64,000 nt of DNA from a virus, in the IMG/VR virus record IMGVR_UViG_3300025150_000006, positions 41,231 through 105,230 of that record. The stretch is one strand, 5' to 3'. This document shows, piece by piece, positions 20,022 to 29,685 of the stretch. Position 1 is the first letter of the stretch. Each line of letters starts with the position of its first letter. The notes under the pieces are model-generated. The model was given only the letters and a program-made list of their open reading frames with translations, was not told where the DNA came from and searched no databases. The position numbers were made by a program, and so were the translations under genes.

Positions 20022-20723
20022 CTATGGGAACGCCGCTCGCATCGCGGCAACGCCACCTTGGTTCCAGATCTCACCGGGGTCCTTACCCCGGTAGTTCACA
20101 GCTACTGCTCTCACCTTTACCCAATTGAGGTATTGCAGAGCCCCCCACCGCTTCCTTCCCTTCTCGTCGATGAATCCGTGGACCCCGTGCTGCCCCGCCT
20201 CATCATTGTCGTAGACCATCTTGACCCAACCCCGGCAGAACCGGCGGAGGAACTCTATGTGTTTGTCGGTGAGCTTGGCTCGCAGGCTTGCCAGCACCAC
20301 ATCCCCTGACGGAACTGCCCATTCCATCGCGAACAAATCGAACAGACCCTCCACGATCCACACATCGGCCCCCGCCCAGATGCGCTGCATAGTCTGAGGC
20401 GTCAAGCCAAACCACAACGGATGCCACCCCGCATCAGGCAGAAGGTAGCGGGTGACCATCTTCTCCGGTAGCTTCCGACCCTCGAACCCAAGCACCTTGC
20501 CCTTGGGGCTGAACAAGGGCCAGATGGCCCAGTCCCCAAGCAGCTCCCCCTTGGTCCCGTACCTCTCACAGAAATCCAGCTCCGGGCAGTCTTCGAGCAA
20601 GGGTTGCCAGGTCTTGATCCCGAACTGACATATGGACTCTTCCGAAGCCCCACGGCCCAGGAAATAGCCCTCGTGAGCTTCAGTCAGTGACAGGTTCGGG
20701 AGGTGATTCAGCAGCCAGCTCAT
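20022..20723 (-). CDS. DnaG-like primase catalytic core (Toprim)
   Basis: YFLGRG, WPLFSPKGKVLGFEGR, WIVEGLFD, YDND.AG, KDP. Confidence 0.82.
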   Translation of the reverse strand: MSWLLNHLPNLSLTEAHEGYFLGRGASEESICQFGIKTWQPLLEDCPELDFCERYGTKGELLGDWAIWPLFSPKGKVLGFEGRKLPEKMVTRYLLPDAGWHPLWFGLTPQTMQRIWAGADVWIVEGLFDLFAMEWAVPSGDVVLASLRAKLTDKHIEFLRRFCRGWVKMVYDNDEAGQHGVHGFIDEKGRKRWGALQYLNWVKVRAVAVNYRGKDPGEIWNQGGVAAMRAAFP

Positions 20724-21369
20724 TGCGGGCGGGTCCTTGGGAGATGGCCATGCCCCGTGCAGCGTTGTGAACCACCCCGGCGATCTTCTTTGCCGTCACC
20801 AGGCTGGCTACCCCCACGAATGCACGGTCCTTCGGGACTACGATGATCGTGCCATCCGGCACCCACGATGAGGGCCGGAACGGGAGACCGATCTCCTCGA
20901 TGAGCGGTCGAAGCTCCGGGGGCATCAGGTCCACCAGCTCTACTCGCTTGCCATCTTCCTCGACCCCCTCCCCATCGTCCTGATCATCGAGCATTGCTAC
21001 AGAACCCGTATGGCTTCGGGGGATGAGCAACTCCAATGCCCCCAACTCGTAGAACTCCAGATGGTCTACCGCCGCTCGGAGTCCTTCCATCGTCAACGGC
21101 TGAATGTTGCCCCACTCCTGTTGACGACCCATCGCGACCACGGCGTCCACGACCTCGGCGAAGAACTCACCCAGAGTCGTTTCCCGTACAGCGGCCTTCA
21201 CAACTGGCCCCGGGTGAGGCTGTGTGATCCACATCACGGATGAGGATGAAGACACCAGGTAGGGTGCCGTTTCCTCTGCCACCTGGAACTCCAGCATCAA
21301 CGGGACGACGTTCTTCCGTTGCATCGCCCGAGACTGGAGCCTTGTTACAACGAGCAGGTGACTCATCAC
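20680..21369 (-). CDS. Hypothetical protein
   Basis: Coupled ORF in the replication block. Confidence 0.65.
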   Translation of the reverse strand: MMSHLLVVTRLQSRAMQRKNVVPLMLEFQVAEETAPYLVSSSSSVMWITQPHPGPVVKAAVRETTLGEFFAEVVDAVVAMGRQQEWGNIQPLTMEGLRAAVDHLEFYELGALELLIPRSHTGSVAMLDDQDDGEGVEEDGKRVELVDLMPPELRPLIEEIGLPFRPSSWVPDGTIIVVPKDRAFVGVASLVTAKKIAGVVHNAARGMAISQGPARNELAAESPPEPVTD

Positions 21370-21863
21370 CTACCTCCTAGCTTCTTGACGAGACCTGACA
21401 ACCAGGTCACCGATTCAGGTTCCTCGTCATCATCACTCTCGCCCGCCTCCTGGATGGCTTCCTCGACCTCCCGAACGCTCGGGACCTCGTTGGGATCGTC
21501 GAGCACCCACATCAGAGCCGCGAGATCAGGGAACTCCGAAGCGATAAGGCCTCGATCACCGCTTTGGATGAGGGCGTGGAACTCTTCCTTCACCTCAGCC
21601 TTGGTCTTCAAGGGCTCCCAGAAGGGGCAGCTCCGAGCCATGTCCGAGCATCCTGGAATCCGGTCATCACAGGGGATGTGTCGTGGCTTCCCCTTCATCC
21701 CCATGAACCCACAAAGGTGCACCGAACTGGTGTCATCCAGCGGAAACTCCACGTTGTGGGTGCAGGTGTCAGGGCGTTGCTTGAACAAGTCGCGCAACCG
21801 CTTCTTGAGATGACGGAAGGTCACCTGCTTGACCTGATGTCGGATCTGACCTTGTGACCGCAT
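21366..21863 (-). CDS. Hypothetical Cys-rich protein
   Basis: CTHN..LCG..PCD..GC..SCP; GGAG RBS. Confidence 0.7.
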   Translation of the reverse strand: MRSQGQIRHQVKQVTFRHLKKRLRDLFKQRPDTCTHNVEFPLDDTSSVHLCGFMGMKGKPRHIPCDDRIPGCSDMARSCPFWEPLKTKAEVKEEFHALIQSGDRGLIASEFPDLAALMWVLDDPNEVPSVREVEEAIQEAGESDDDEEPESVTWLSGLVKKLGGR

Positions 21864-21898
21864 TCTATCTCCCCTGAAAGCCCCTCACCCTACCCGTC

Positions 21899-22441
21899 CT
21901 AGTCGTCCAGATAGTCCAGAACCGCCGCAACCTCTTCCGGCGTCACCTTGGCGACTCGCATCCCGATGAATGCCAGAACCTCCTGACATTCAGCATCTGT
22001 CAGGGGCTTGATGGCCTGGCGGAGTTCCTTCTTCGGGTCATCGACCTTTTTGGGGACCCGCCCTTGACTCTGAATCTCCAAACGTCGGGTCACCCACTGA
22101 CTCTGAGGAACCGAAGTCCAAACTACTGCCTTACATCCAGAACGAGTTACACGTTGTGTTCCTGAATCCGTGATTGCTCCCACCAACACTAAGTCTCGGC
22201 GACGGGCACTTGCTGTTTGATGACGAAGTCCAAGGGCCACCTCTATTTCATCATCAGTTGCCCCATTGGGATGCTGGTCTACAATGTACTGTAAAACCTT
22301 AGCCTTCAGAATGGATACATGCGGTTTAATGCTCTGAGCAGCCTGCTCCGAAGTGTTGGATCCTCGCACAAAAGGTGGACCTCCCTCGGCCGAGGGGGAG
22401 TCCAGCAGAAAACCCAGGTCATCTTCGTCATCCCAGCTCAT
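21899..22441 (-). CDS. Winged-HTH DNA-binding protein
   Basis: GATDDEIEVALGLRHQTASARRRDLV...TRSGCKAVVW. Confidence 0.7.
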   Translation of the reverse strand: MSWDDEDDLGFLLDSPSAEGGPPFVRGSNTSEQAAQSIKPHVSILKAKVLQYIVDQHPNGATDDEIEVALGLRHQTASARRRDLVLVGAITDSGTQRVTRSGCKAVVWTSVPQSQWVTRRLEIQSQGRVPKKVDDPKKELRQAIKPLTDAECQEVLAFIGMRVAKVTPEEVAAVLDYLDD

Positions 22442-23070
22442 CTCAACCTCTCGAACTTCGCCCCACTCTTGGTCCGCACAATCCGGTAGGCCCGGTTTGC
22501 AGCATCCACGAGGGCGGGGTTGTGGGTCACCAACAGGATGTCGATCTCCAGGCGCTCACAGATCAACTGGAGGAACTCGCCCATGTTCTGGACGTAGTTG
22601 CCGTCGAACGCCGGCAGGCTCTCGTCGAGAAGGAGCAGGGGCCGAAGCCCCCGCCTCTTCATCACGATGATGCGCAGCAACACCGACTGCACCGTGGCCA
22701 CAGCCCCACCAAAGGCATCATTGGTGACGCCTCGGATCACCGTACCGTCGGGCCTCTCATGAACCGTGAGCAAGTCCACACTGACCTTGCCACGCAGGAT
22801 GTTGACCTGGGACTCCACAGAGAGCTTCTGGTCGTGGAATACGGCCTGAAGCCCTTCGGTCATCAACCTCTCGACGACCTCAACCCCGGCCGAGACCTCT
22901 TTGTCGATAAGAGTCCGAAGAACCCCCTGGACGAGGGCTAGAAGCTCCCCCTCGTCCTCCAGGTCCCGGATGGATCGCTTCGTTTCCGTGACCTGCCGAA
23001 CCGTGGCATCCCGAGCACCCCGGAGTCGGTCGGCCAGAGAGCGGAGGGGGTCAATGTTGGGCAGTGCCAC
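22438..23070 (-). CDS. SbcC/Rad50 C-terminal half (ABC-ATPase lobe)
   Basis: Short coiled coil, signature-like AFGGA, Walker B LLLLDES, D-loop AFD, H-loop LVTHN; no Walker A. Confidence 0.85.
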   Translation of the reverse strand: MALPNIDPLRSLADRLRGARDATVRQVTETKRSIRDLEDEGELLALVQGVLRTLIDKEVSAGVEVVERLMTEGLQAVFHDQKLSVESQVNILRGKVSVDLLTVHERPDGTVIRGVTNDAFGGAVATVQSVLLRIIVMKRRGLRPLLLLDESLPAFDGNYVQNMGEFLQLICERLEIDILLVTHNPALVDAANRAYRIVRTKSGAKFERLR

Positions 23071-23077
23071 GGTGTCC

Positions 23078-24226
23078 TCAGTAGAGCCAGGAGAAGAGCG
23101 TCAGGTACTTGTCCCCCTCGTACTCCGAAGTGAACCGAACGTAGCCCCTGCTACTCACCAGACTGATGCCGATCGTGAACTCGGAATCCTTCCACGCCGA
23201 AAGCACCTTGGCCAGGTTCGTGTGATCCACACTGAACCCCCCATCGGGAAGATCCGATGCCTCGTCATCCGATTCCTTCGAGATGACCGCCAACGGCATG
23301 ACGGTCTGTTTCCCGGTTGCGGAGAGCATCGAGACCAGAAGGTCCCCATCGGCACCCATCTCCAGATGCAGCCTGTTGTCCTCCTTCGCGGCTCCTGACG
23401 TGAGGAGGCCGATGGCAGACACCAGGTCCTGCTTGAGAACCGTCCACCGGTGCTGATCCCCGTCATCCATCCCGATCTGGATGTTGGGCATCGACGCCTG
23501 GAAACGCATGGCCCCGAACACTGCCCCATCCCCTCGACGGAGAATGAGCATAGTGTCGTGCTCCAGCACCTCCACATCGAGACCCTCGCACATCCCGAGG
23601 AAGGTCATCAGACTGCTTGCATCCTTGCCGTGAACACGGAGCTTGGACTCATCCATCCCGGCGACTCGGATGAGCGAGATGGACCTCTTGTCCGTGGCGT
23701 AGACGATGCCCTCCCGAATCTCACAGGCACACAGCTCCGGCTGCTCGGAATCGTTTGCCGAAACGAAATGACGGGCGTAGCCCAGGGCTTGAGACAGGCG
23801 GTCGGCAGCCACCGTGGCTGCCACCGTGGCCGCCGCGAGGGGCTTGCTCCAGGTGTAACGAGCGTCCGGCTGAAGGCTCTGGAAGGTCTGAGTGAACCGA
23901 CCAACACGCAGCAGGGCTTCAGACTCATCGGCATTGAACCCAATGGTCAACGCCGCGTCAGGGATGTGGTGCAGTACCTTCTTGAGACGCCATCCTTCGA
24001 TGGTGAAGCTGTCCTTCGTGCCTGCTTCCTCAACCTGGGCCTTGACGGGGCAGGAAGAGAACAACCGATCCGACACCGTCTTGACCTCGACGCCGTACTT
24101 TCCGGCATCATCGGGTCCCGTCCGATGGAACACATAGTGCCCCGTCAGGTCAGCACCGGATCCCAGGCTGGGGTTCACAACTTGAAGCGCTGCCTCAAGA
24201 TCCTGCTTGGCGACCTTGAATCTCAT
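23078..24226 (-). CDS. DNA sliding clamp (DnaN/beta-like)
   Basis: Start revised to MRFKVAKQDLEAAL (GGAGG RBS); ~382 aa with three repeats; ATD motif (VYATDKR); FSVDHTNL near the C-terminus. Confidence 0.75.
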   Translation of the reverse strand: MRFKVAKQDLEAALQVVNPSLGSGADLTGHYVFHRTGPDDAGKYGVEVKTVSDRLFSSCPVKAQVEEAGTKDSFTIEGWRLKKVLHHIPDAALTIGFNADESEALLRVGRFTQTFQSLQPDARYTWSKPLAAATVAATVAADRLSQALGYARHFVSANDSEQPELCACEIREGIVYATDKRSISLIRVAGMDESKLRVHGKDASSLMTFLGMCEGLDVEVLEHDTMLILRRGDGAVFGAMRFQASMPNIQIGMDDGDQHRWTVLKQDLVSAIGLLTSGAAKEDNRLHLEMGADGDLLVSMLSATGKQTVMPLAVISKESDDEASDLPDGGFSVDHTNLAKVLSAWKDSEFTIGISLVSSRGYVRFTSEYEGDKYLTLFSWLY

Positions 24227-24501
24227 ACACGGTCCTCCTGCACAAAGGGGGCAAGTTTGCCCTCTGCGGTTGCGATGTCGTTCTCGAAAGCGGTCACGGC
24301 CTTGATGTACCGCTTTTCCAGTTGGGCAACAGCCGCGTCGAGCTTGTCCGGTGGGACACCTCGCTCGACGCACTCGGCTTCGATCCCCGTCACATCTTCC
24401 TGAGCCGCTGCCAGCCTCCCTTGAAGGCGCTGGACGGTCTTGTTGGCCTTGTCCCGACGAAGAAGAGCCGCATCGAGACGCTGATGGTTATGGTCACTCA
24501 T
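24223..24501 (-). CDS. Small coiled-coil protein
   Basis: Start revised to MSDHNHQ; heptad pattern; overlaps the start of the clamp gene. Confidence 0.7.
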   Translation of the reverse strand: MSDHNHQRLDAALLRRDKANKTVQRLQGRLAAAQEDVTGIEAECVERGVPPDKLDAAVAQLEKRYIKAVTAFENDIATAEGKLAPFVQEDRV

Positions 24502-24508
24502 GGTCCCT

Positions 24509-25564
24509 CTACTCCTCGGGAAGCACAACCGTGCCCCCTGGCCCCATCCCGAACTGCACGAACCCGGTCTGACCATCGAAGAAGCTCTCACTCGTCTTCT
24601 TGTTACGACGGTTCGCTGTCTTCTGGGCGATACGCTCAGGACACACCGTTTCGTAGTCGCAGAACTTGCACTGACTCGGCACAGGATTGGCCGGAAATTT
24701 CTCCCGGTTCATCCCCCGCATTGCATCGCGGGCACGGGTCGCAATCCCCTTGAGGTCATCCCGTGTGAAAGGAACCCAGTCCACCCCGGACTCGATCTCG
24801 TTCTCCCCCATAGGCATCCCTGTCTCATCCACCATCGGGATGGGTTCACCCTCAGTGTCCAACTTCTCCATCCCATAGGGGTAACGGAAGTAGACGAATC
24901 CTAGCCGGTCGGGCATCCGACGGTAGGCAAGGAAAAAGCAGAGGGCATACCACCGAAGCTGGTCCGGATCCGTGTAGGTCATGAAGTGTGGCTTCACACC
25001 CTTCCGCTTGGGAGCCTTGTACCTTCGGCTATTCTTGCCGTCGAGAATGGTGATCTGGTCCTTGCCGTCCACACTCCGCCGAAAGATCAAGTCGGCACGC
25101 CCACCGATGGGCGTCCACTTGTCCACATAACAAGTGAGGTCCACCTCGGAACGAGCATAGGGACCCAGCAACTTGTGGTGCTTCATCGTCTTGAGGTAGC
25201 CCCGGATCCCGGCCTCAATAGTGGCCCACATCTCATCACGAGGTGGGGCTAGCCGCCAGTCAATGTTCTTGGATAGGCACAAGCGACCAAAGTCCTTCTG
25301 AGCCTTGTCCAGCATCCGGTCCAGCAAACCCTCTGGGTGTTTCCACTCCTCATCGTTGTAGAGCCACTCCCAGAAGTTTGCCAGCACGATGCCCATGATC
25401 GCATGGTGTTCGGACTTCTCAACCGGTCTGGGCTTACGACGACCCGGGCCGCCACCACAGTCGATGTCACCCCACCCACGGCTCCACAGATAGGACTGCG
25501 GGCAGTTCTCGTAGGTGGTCATACTCGACCAGTACAATGTGAAACGTCTTGGGCTATGACTCAT
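24509..25564 (-). CDS. PD-(D/E)XK nuclease (RecB/AddB/Cas4-like, probable Fe-S)
   Basis: YENCP, GRADLI, ILDGKN, QLRWY, CKFCDYETVC. Confidence 0.85.
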   Translation of the reverse strand: MSHSPRRFTLYWSSMTTYENCPQSYLWSRGWGDIDCGGGPGRRKPRPVEKSEHHAIMGIVLANFWEWLYNDEEWKHPEGLLDRMLDKAQKDFGRLCLSKNIDWRLAPPRDEMWATIEAGIRGYLKTMKHHKLLGPYARSEVDLTCYVDKWTPIGGRADLIFRRSVDGKDQITILDGKNSRRYKAPKRKGVKPHFMTYTDPDQLRWYALCFFLAYRRMPDRLGFVYFRYPYGMEKLDTEGEPIPMVDETGMPMGENEIESGVDWVPFTRDDLKGIATRARDAMRGMNREKFPANPVPSQCKFCDYETVCPERIAQKTANRRNKKTSESFFDGQTGFVQFGMGPGGTVVLPEE

Positions 25565-25593
25565 CAGTTTCCCCGGCTTCGTCCTTTACCCTG

Positions 25594-26406
25594 TTACTCG
25601 TCACCAAGAGAAACAGAACCCCCCTGGGAAGCAGCCTCAAATGCCTTCTGCTCCTCGAAGGTCGTGAACATCAGGTGAAAGTCCATATCCGAGGGAACCT
25701 GGATAGGAAACTCCCCGATCTCAGAGAAAACCTCGAACTGAGCTGTGTCCACATGACCAAACCGAGTCTTCTGGTGGAACTCACATAGCAGCTCCACCCC
25801 ATTGTCCGCTCGGGGGACAGCCACGATGGGGGTCAGAACCAGGGTAATCAGGGTCAACCCCGACCTCATCGCTGCATCCATCAGGAGGAACTGACGGTCA
25901 CTGAATGCCTGGAACTGTCGTTGCAGCTCCATCGCACAGCGCATGTACTGCGTCAGGGAGTCTTCCTTGGAGTCGAACCCCGGATGGAACAGGTACATGG
26001 GGTTGGAAGGCATCGGGGTGCCAGGAGCCTCTCCAGGCATGTGCTCCTGTACGATGCGACTGACCACCACTCCCTCCTGTCGCTGATAGGCGACAGCACC
26101 TTCCCGGTCTCCACGCATCTTCCTGGCCTCAGCCTCCGCGAACAGAGCCTCCGGGTTGATGCCACCATCCTCTGAAGCCTCCACCTCAACATCATCATGT
26201 CCTGCCCAGGCCATAGCCTTCTTCACGCTTCGCTTGAGCGTGTCCTTGACCACGAGATGCTGAAGGTCAGGGTCGATGGGGCTACCCTCATCCATCTGGC
26301 GACGCAAACGGCGCAGTTGCTCCACATCGATGTGATCAACCAGAGCCTTCCGTTGAACGACGATGTGCCGATAGATGGGTCGCTGTTGCTCGGGGGAGTA
26401 ATCCAT
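25594..26406 (-). CDS. Hypothetical protein (270 aa)
   Basis: GGAGG RBS; fills the gap between sbcD and the nuclease. Confidence 0.7.
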   Translation of the reverse strand: MDYSPEQQRPIYRHIVVQRKALVDHIDVEQLRRLRRQMDEGSPIDPDLQHLVVKDTLKRSVKKAMAWAGHDDVEVEASEDGGINPEALFAEAEARKMRGDREGAVAYQRQEGVVVSRIVQEHMPGEAPGTPMPSNPMYLFHPGFDSKEDSLTQYMRCAMELQRQFQAFSDRQFLLMDAAMRSGLTLITLVLTPIVAVPRADNGVELLCEFHQKTRFGHVDTAQFEVFSEIGEFPIQVPSDMDFHLMFTTFEEQKAFEAASQGGSVSLGDE

Positions 26407-26438
26407 ACCAGTCCTCCTGTGAGAAGGACCCTACCCGC

Positions 26439-27428
26439 CTATGAGGCCCCTTCGGCTTCCAAGTACAGAATCAAGCGCTCCCGTACTGCATCAAACAGGT
26501 CCATCTCACGGACCTCCGTGATGAGAGGTTTCCCGCTGCCACCCACCAATGTGGCCTTCACCGAGTCCACGAAAGCGTCCACAGTCATCGTCCGAGCCTC
26601 TAACTTGGTACGGCCCTCGATGTCGAACACCTCAATCGCTGGTCGAACAGCCAACTCCCGTCGCTCCACCGTGACCCCATCCTCATCAAAACGAAGGATG
26701 GCAACCTCAGGGATGCGTTTCACGTCGTCCTCAGACAACGCTCCACGGGTCAAGCTCCCGATGTTGACGATGTGCTTGCCGTTACGCTCATAGACCCCCT
26801 GATTCTTGTGCCAGTGCCCGAAGCACCAGACGTCAGGATCCAGGTCGATGATGTCCTGGTACTTGACGATGTCCTCGCTCCCGAACATCTCCCCACCCGC
26901 CTGACTGGCCAGCAGGTGAGCCATCACGACCAGGTAGTCCTCACCACCCTTGGTGATGGTCGTGAGCCGGTTCATGTCGTAGACCTTGCCGTGGTAGGGC
27001 ACACCCACGACCCGGACTTTCAGATTCGAACGAAAACCCTGTTCAGGCATCGGCTGGAACGTGACACCCTTGTCCTCATCAACCAGATTGAACACACCCG
27101 TCGAGAGAAGCACGCCGAGAGGAGCCTCGTTGAGGAAGGCCCCATCCCCGTACTTCACGTCGTGGTTGCCATTCCGCAAGGAGTAGACCTTGCAGGGGTA
27201 CTTCGCGTGGACCTCGGCTACCCGCTGGATCAGCTCGTGTGTGGTGCGGCTCGGCGTCTTGATGTGAAAGAAGTCACCGCCGTCGAGGACGGCATCCGCG
27301 TCCACTTCACGGGCGATTTCACCCACCTGAGTGAGCTTGTCGAGAACCGTCTCAGCCCAGTCATCGGTCCTCGACTGCGGAGACTTGTCCGCCAGGTGAA
27401 CATCCGTTCGCCAGACTAGCGTGATCAT
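26439..27428 (-). CDS. SbcD/Mre11-like metallophosphoesterase nuclease
   Basis: TDVH, GGDFFH, GNHD, MAH, GHWH, GSL motifs; start revised to MITLVW. Confidence 0.9.
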   Translation of the reverse strand: MITLVWRTDVHLADKSPQSRTDDWAETVLDKLTQVGEIAREVDADAVLDGGDFFHIKTPSRTTHELIQRVAEVHAKYPCKVYSLRNGNHDVKYGDGAFLNEAPLGVLLSTGVFNLVDEDKGVTFQPMPEQGFRSNLKVRVVGVPYHGKVYDMNRLTTITKGGEDYLVVMAHLLASQAGGEMFGSEDIVKYQDIIDLDPDVWCFGHWHKNQGVYERNGKHIVNIGSLTRGALSEDDVKRIPEVAILRFDEDGVTVERRELAVRPAIEVFDIEGRTKLEARTMTVDAFVDSVKATLVGGSGKPLITEVREMDLFDAVRERLILYLEAEGAS

Positions 27429-29671
27429 GTCTCTCCCGCCTGCATATGGGTCCCGCATGTGGGACACTGACCCAGTTCAGTCAACAGGGACTCGGTGTCC
27501 ACTGTCGCCTGAGACAACTCGATCTCCGCCTGCTCAAGCTCCCCCTGCCGGTCTTCTACAGCCTGCTGAGCCTTGTGTAGACGGCTCTGGAGCCCGTTGA
27601 GTAGATCTAGGGCCGCAAGGATCTTCTTCGAGGGACCTTCATCCCAACCCATTTGGATCTCGTCCAGCCCCTCGAACTTGGTGACGACCGACTTGGCCGC
27701 AGCCATCCGGGATTGAAGGTTCTGGAGTATTCCCAGATCCGCCAACAACTTGGCGGCCTCCTCTGAATCGGGGAACTCGATACTGCCCACCGGAGCCAGC
27801 CGATCCACCACAGAGCTGGCTGTGGCCATACGGACTTGTAGCCCCTGCATGACACCCAACTCAGCCAGCAGTTTCTTGGCTTCCTCCGGGTCAGGCACCT
27901 CGATGGAACCAACTGGCTCCAGCCGAGCCACCTCAGTCTGGGCGACCGCCAACCGGTCCCGTAGGCCAGTCAACCGGAGCACTGCTCGACCTACAGTGAT
28001 GACCTGGTTACGTGTCTCATCGAGGCCCGCAACAGCCTCCAGGGCCTCGTCCAAGCCCTCGAAGGACTTGAGCCTGACCTCCTGCTTCGCAAGGTCGGTC
28101 TGTCGCACCTTGAGGGCCGCAGCCGCCTGCCTCTTGTCACTCTCGGAAGCCCGTAGCGCCCGGTTGAGTTGACCCACCCGCTCCACGTCAGCCACAGCCT
28201 CGGCCAGTGCCGAGCCAGGCTTGTCGAGCAGAAAGATCTGGCCGGTGAACTGCGGAGCCACCGTGGGCCAAACCTCTTGCCCTCCTGCCTGGATGGGCAC
28301 GACCCCGAATGCCGCCACCTCCTCTGGGACAGCGGCCCCTGGGTAGATGGGCTCTCCGTTGTTGATAATGTAGGTGGGGCGGTCTCTCTTGCCGGTCCCT
28401 TTCTCCCAACGGACCTTGCCGTCCTTGCCGAAGTCCACCTCGACTGAGCACTGCGTCTCACCCTCACGGATGAACGCAGTGCCCCCCAAGTTCTGGAATG
28501 CCCCTCGGACCGCTCTCTGCAATGCGGTGTTGTGCGTGACGATATGACCCTCAATCTGGAATAGATTGGACGGGTGCTCCACCGACAAACAAGTACAAGG
28601 GTGGACTCCTTCATCCTCAAAGCCCACCATCAAAGGCTGAACCCGACGAACAGAGGCACCCAACAACTTGGCTTTGCGAGCCAATCGGAACAAATGAACC
28701 CCAGGCAGCCTCAACGTGACCGTGTAGGACACCCTGCCCCGGAGAGAGACACCCTTATGGGTGTACCTATTGATTTTCTTTCGTCGGAGACGGGCAGCCC
28801 CCCCAAAAGACCAAACGATTTGCTGCACGTCCTGAGCTAACTGGCGGGAACTAGAGTAGAACTCAGCGGTGCCCGCTTGGTTGACGGAACCATCCGTATC
28901 CAACAACCCCTGCAACAAAGCCAACCGCTGTTCCGGTGCTGCCAACAAGTAAACGGGAGGCACCTGCTTTTGGTGAGACAGATTGCCTTCCAGACCCAGG
29001 TTACGAATAGCAGTCAGTACCGGGTTTCGGTGTCCCCGACCCGTTACTAGCCGGTAATCGTACTTGCCACACTTTGAGAGCCGGACATCTCCAGGCACCA
29101 AATCCCCAACAGCCACAAGCACTTCATCATCCTTAGATGACACCCGAGGTGTTCCCCGGAAAGACCCGTCTCCCAAAAGCACCCCCATCAAGTAAGGGTC
29201 CAGCGGAAGACGAGCCTCAAGGAAACCAGCGGGGCCTGCCGCCGGGATGGCTGGCCGATTGAAACGTGATGGGGTGTCCCCAACTCGGTCCCGGATTTGC
29301 TGAGTGGTTAGTACCTCCCAGCGTTGTGGGGCTCCTCCTTTTGGGAAACGTCGTGATCCGATACTCACCTGCCACTGATGACCCTGGTCAACCAGCACAC
29401 GACGACCATCATCGAACAACACCGAGCACACGGGCTTCTCACCTTGGGGGTACACCCCCAACACCCGAGTAGGGGTTCCGTCCCCGGCAAGAACAACCTG
29501 GCCCCTCTGGATAGCCTCCACCGGAACCCACCCTTGTGGCGTGGCCACAAGAGTTCCATGAACCAGTGCCTTACCGGAATTGTTGGTCCCAGTGATGACG
29601 GTGAAGTGGTCCACCACGACCTCAGCGGACGCAATGGACTGGAAGTTTTTGACGCGGATCGTGACAGGCAT
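27425..29671 (-). CDS. SbcC/Rad50 N-terminal half with intein, ending at zinc hook
   Basis: VKNFQS, Walker A GTNNSGK|T, Q-loop PQF, long coiled coil, terminal CPTC. Confidence 0.88.
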   Translation of the reverse strand: MPVTIRVKNFQSIASAEVVVDHFTVITGTNNSGKALVHGTLVATPQGWVPVEAIQRGQVVLAGDGTPTRVLGVYPQGEKPVCSVLFDDGRRVLVDQGHQWQVSIGSRRFPKGGAPQRWEVLTTQQIRDRVGDTPSRFNRPAIPAAGPAGFLEARLPLDPYLMGVLLGDGSFRGTPRVSSKDDEVLVAVGDLVPGDVRLSKCGKYDYRLVTGRGHRNPVLTAIRNLGLEGNLSHQKQVPPVYLLAAPEQRLALLQGLLDTDGSVNQAGTAEFYSSSRQLAQDVQQIVWSFGGAARLRRKKINRYTHKGVSLRGRVSYTVTLRLPGVHLFRLARKAKLLGASVRRVQPLMVGFEDEGVHPCTCLSVEHPSNLFQIEGHIVTHNTALQRAVRGAFQNLGGTAFIREGETQCSVEVDFGKDGKVRWEKGTGKRDRPTYIINNGEPIYPGAAVPEEVAAFGVVPIQAGGQEVWPTVAPQFTGQIFLLDKPGSALAEAVADVERVGQLNRALRASESDKRQAAAALKVRQTDLAKQEVRLKSFEGLDEALEAVAGLDETRNQVITVGRAVLRLTGLRDRLAVAQTEVARLEPVGSIEVPDPEEAKKLLAELGVMQGLQVRMATASSVVDRLAPVGSIEFPDSEEAAKLLADLGILQNLQSRMAAAKSVVTKFEGLDEIQMGWDEGPSKKILAALDLLNGLQSRLHKAQQAVEDRQGELEQAEIELSQATVDTESLLTELGQCPTCGTHMQAGET
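28529..29569 (-). mobile_element. Class 3 intein in SbcC (347 aa, Ala1, LAGLIDADG)
   Basis: Begins ALVHGT after GK; block B GHQW, block F CTCLSV, block G IVTHN followed by Thr; MGVLLGDG and LQGLLDTDG. Confidence 0.9.
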
Positions 29672-29685
29672 TCCCTATCCTACCC

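Noticed and set aside
24509-25564. Cas4-like nuclease as evidence of a CRISPR-Cas system
   Set aside because: No repeat-spacer array or other cas genes are present; stand-alone PD-(D/E)XK nucleases are routine in phage recombination modules.
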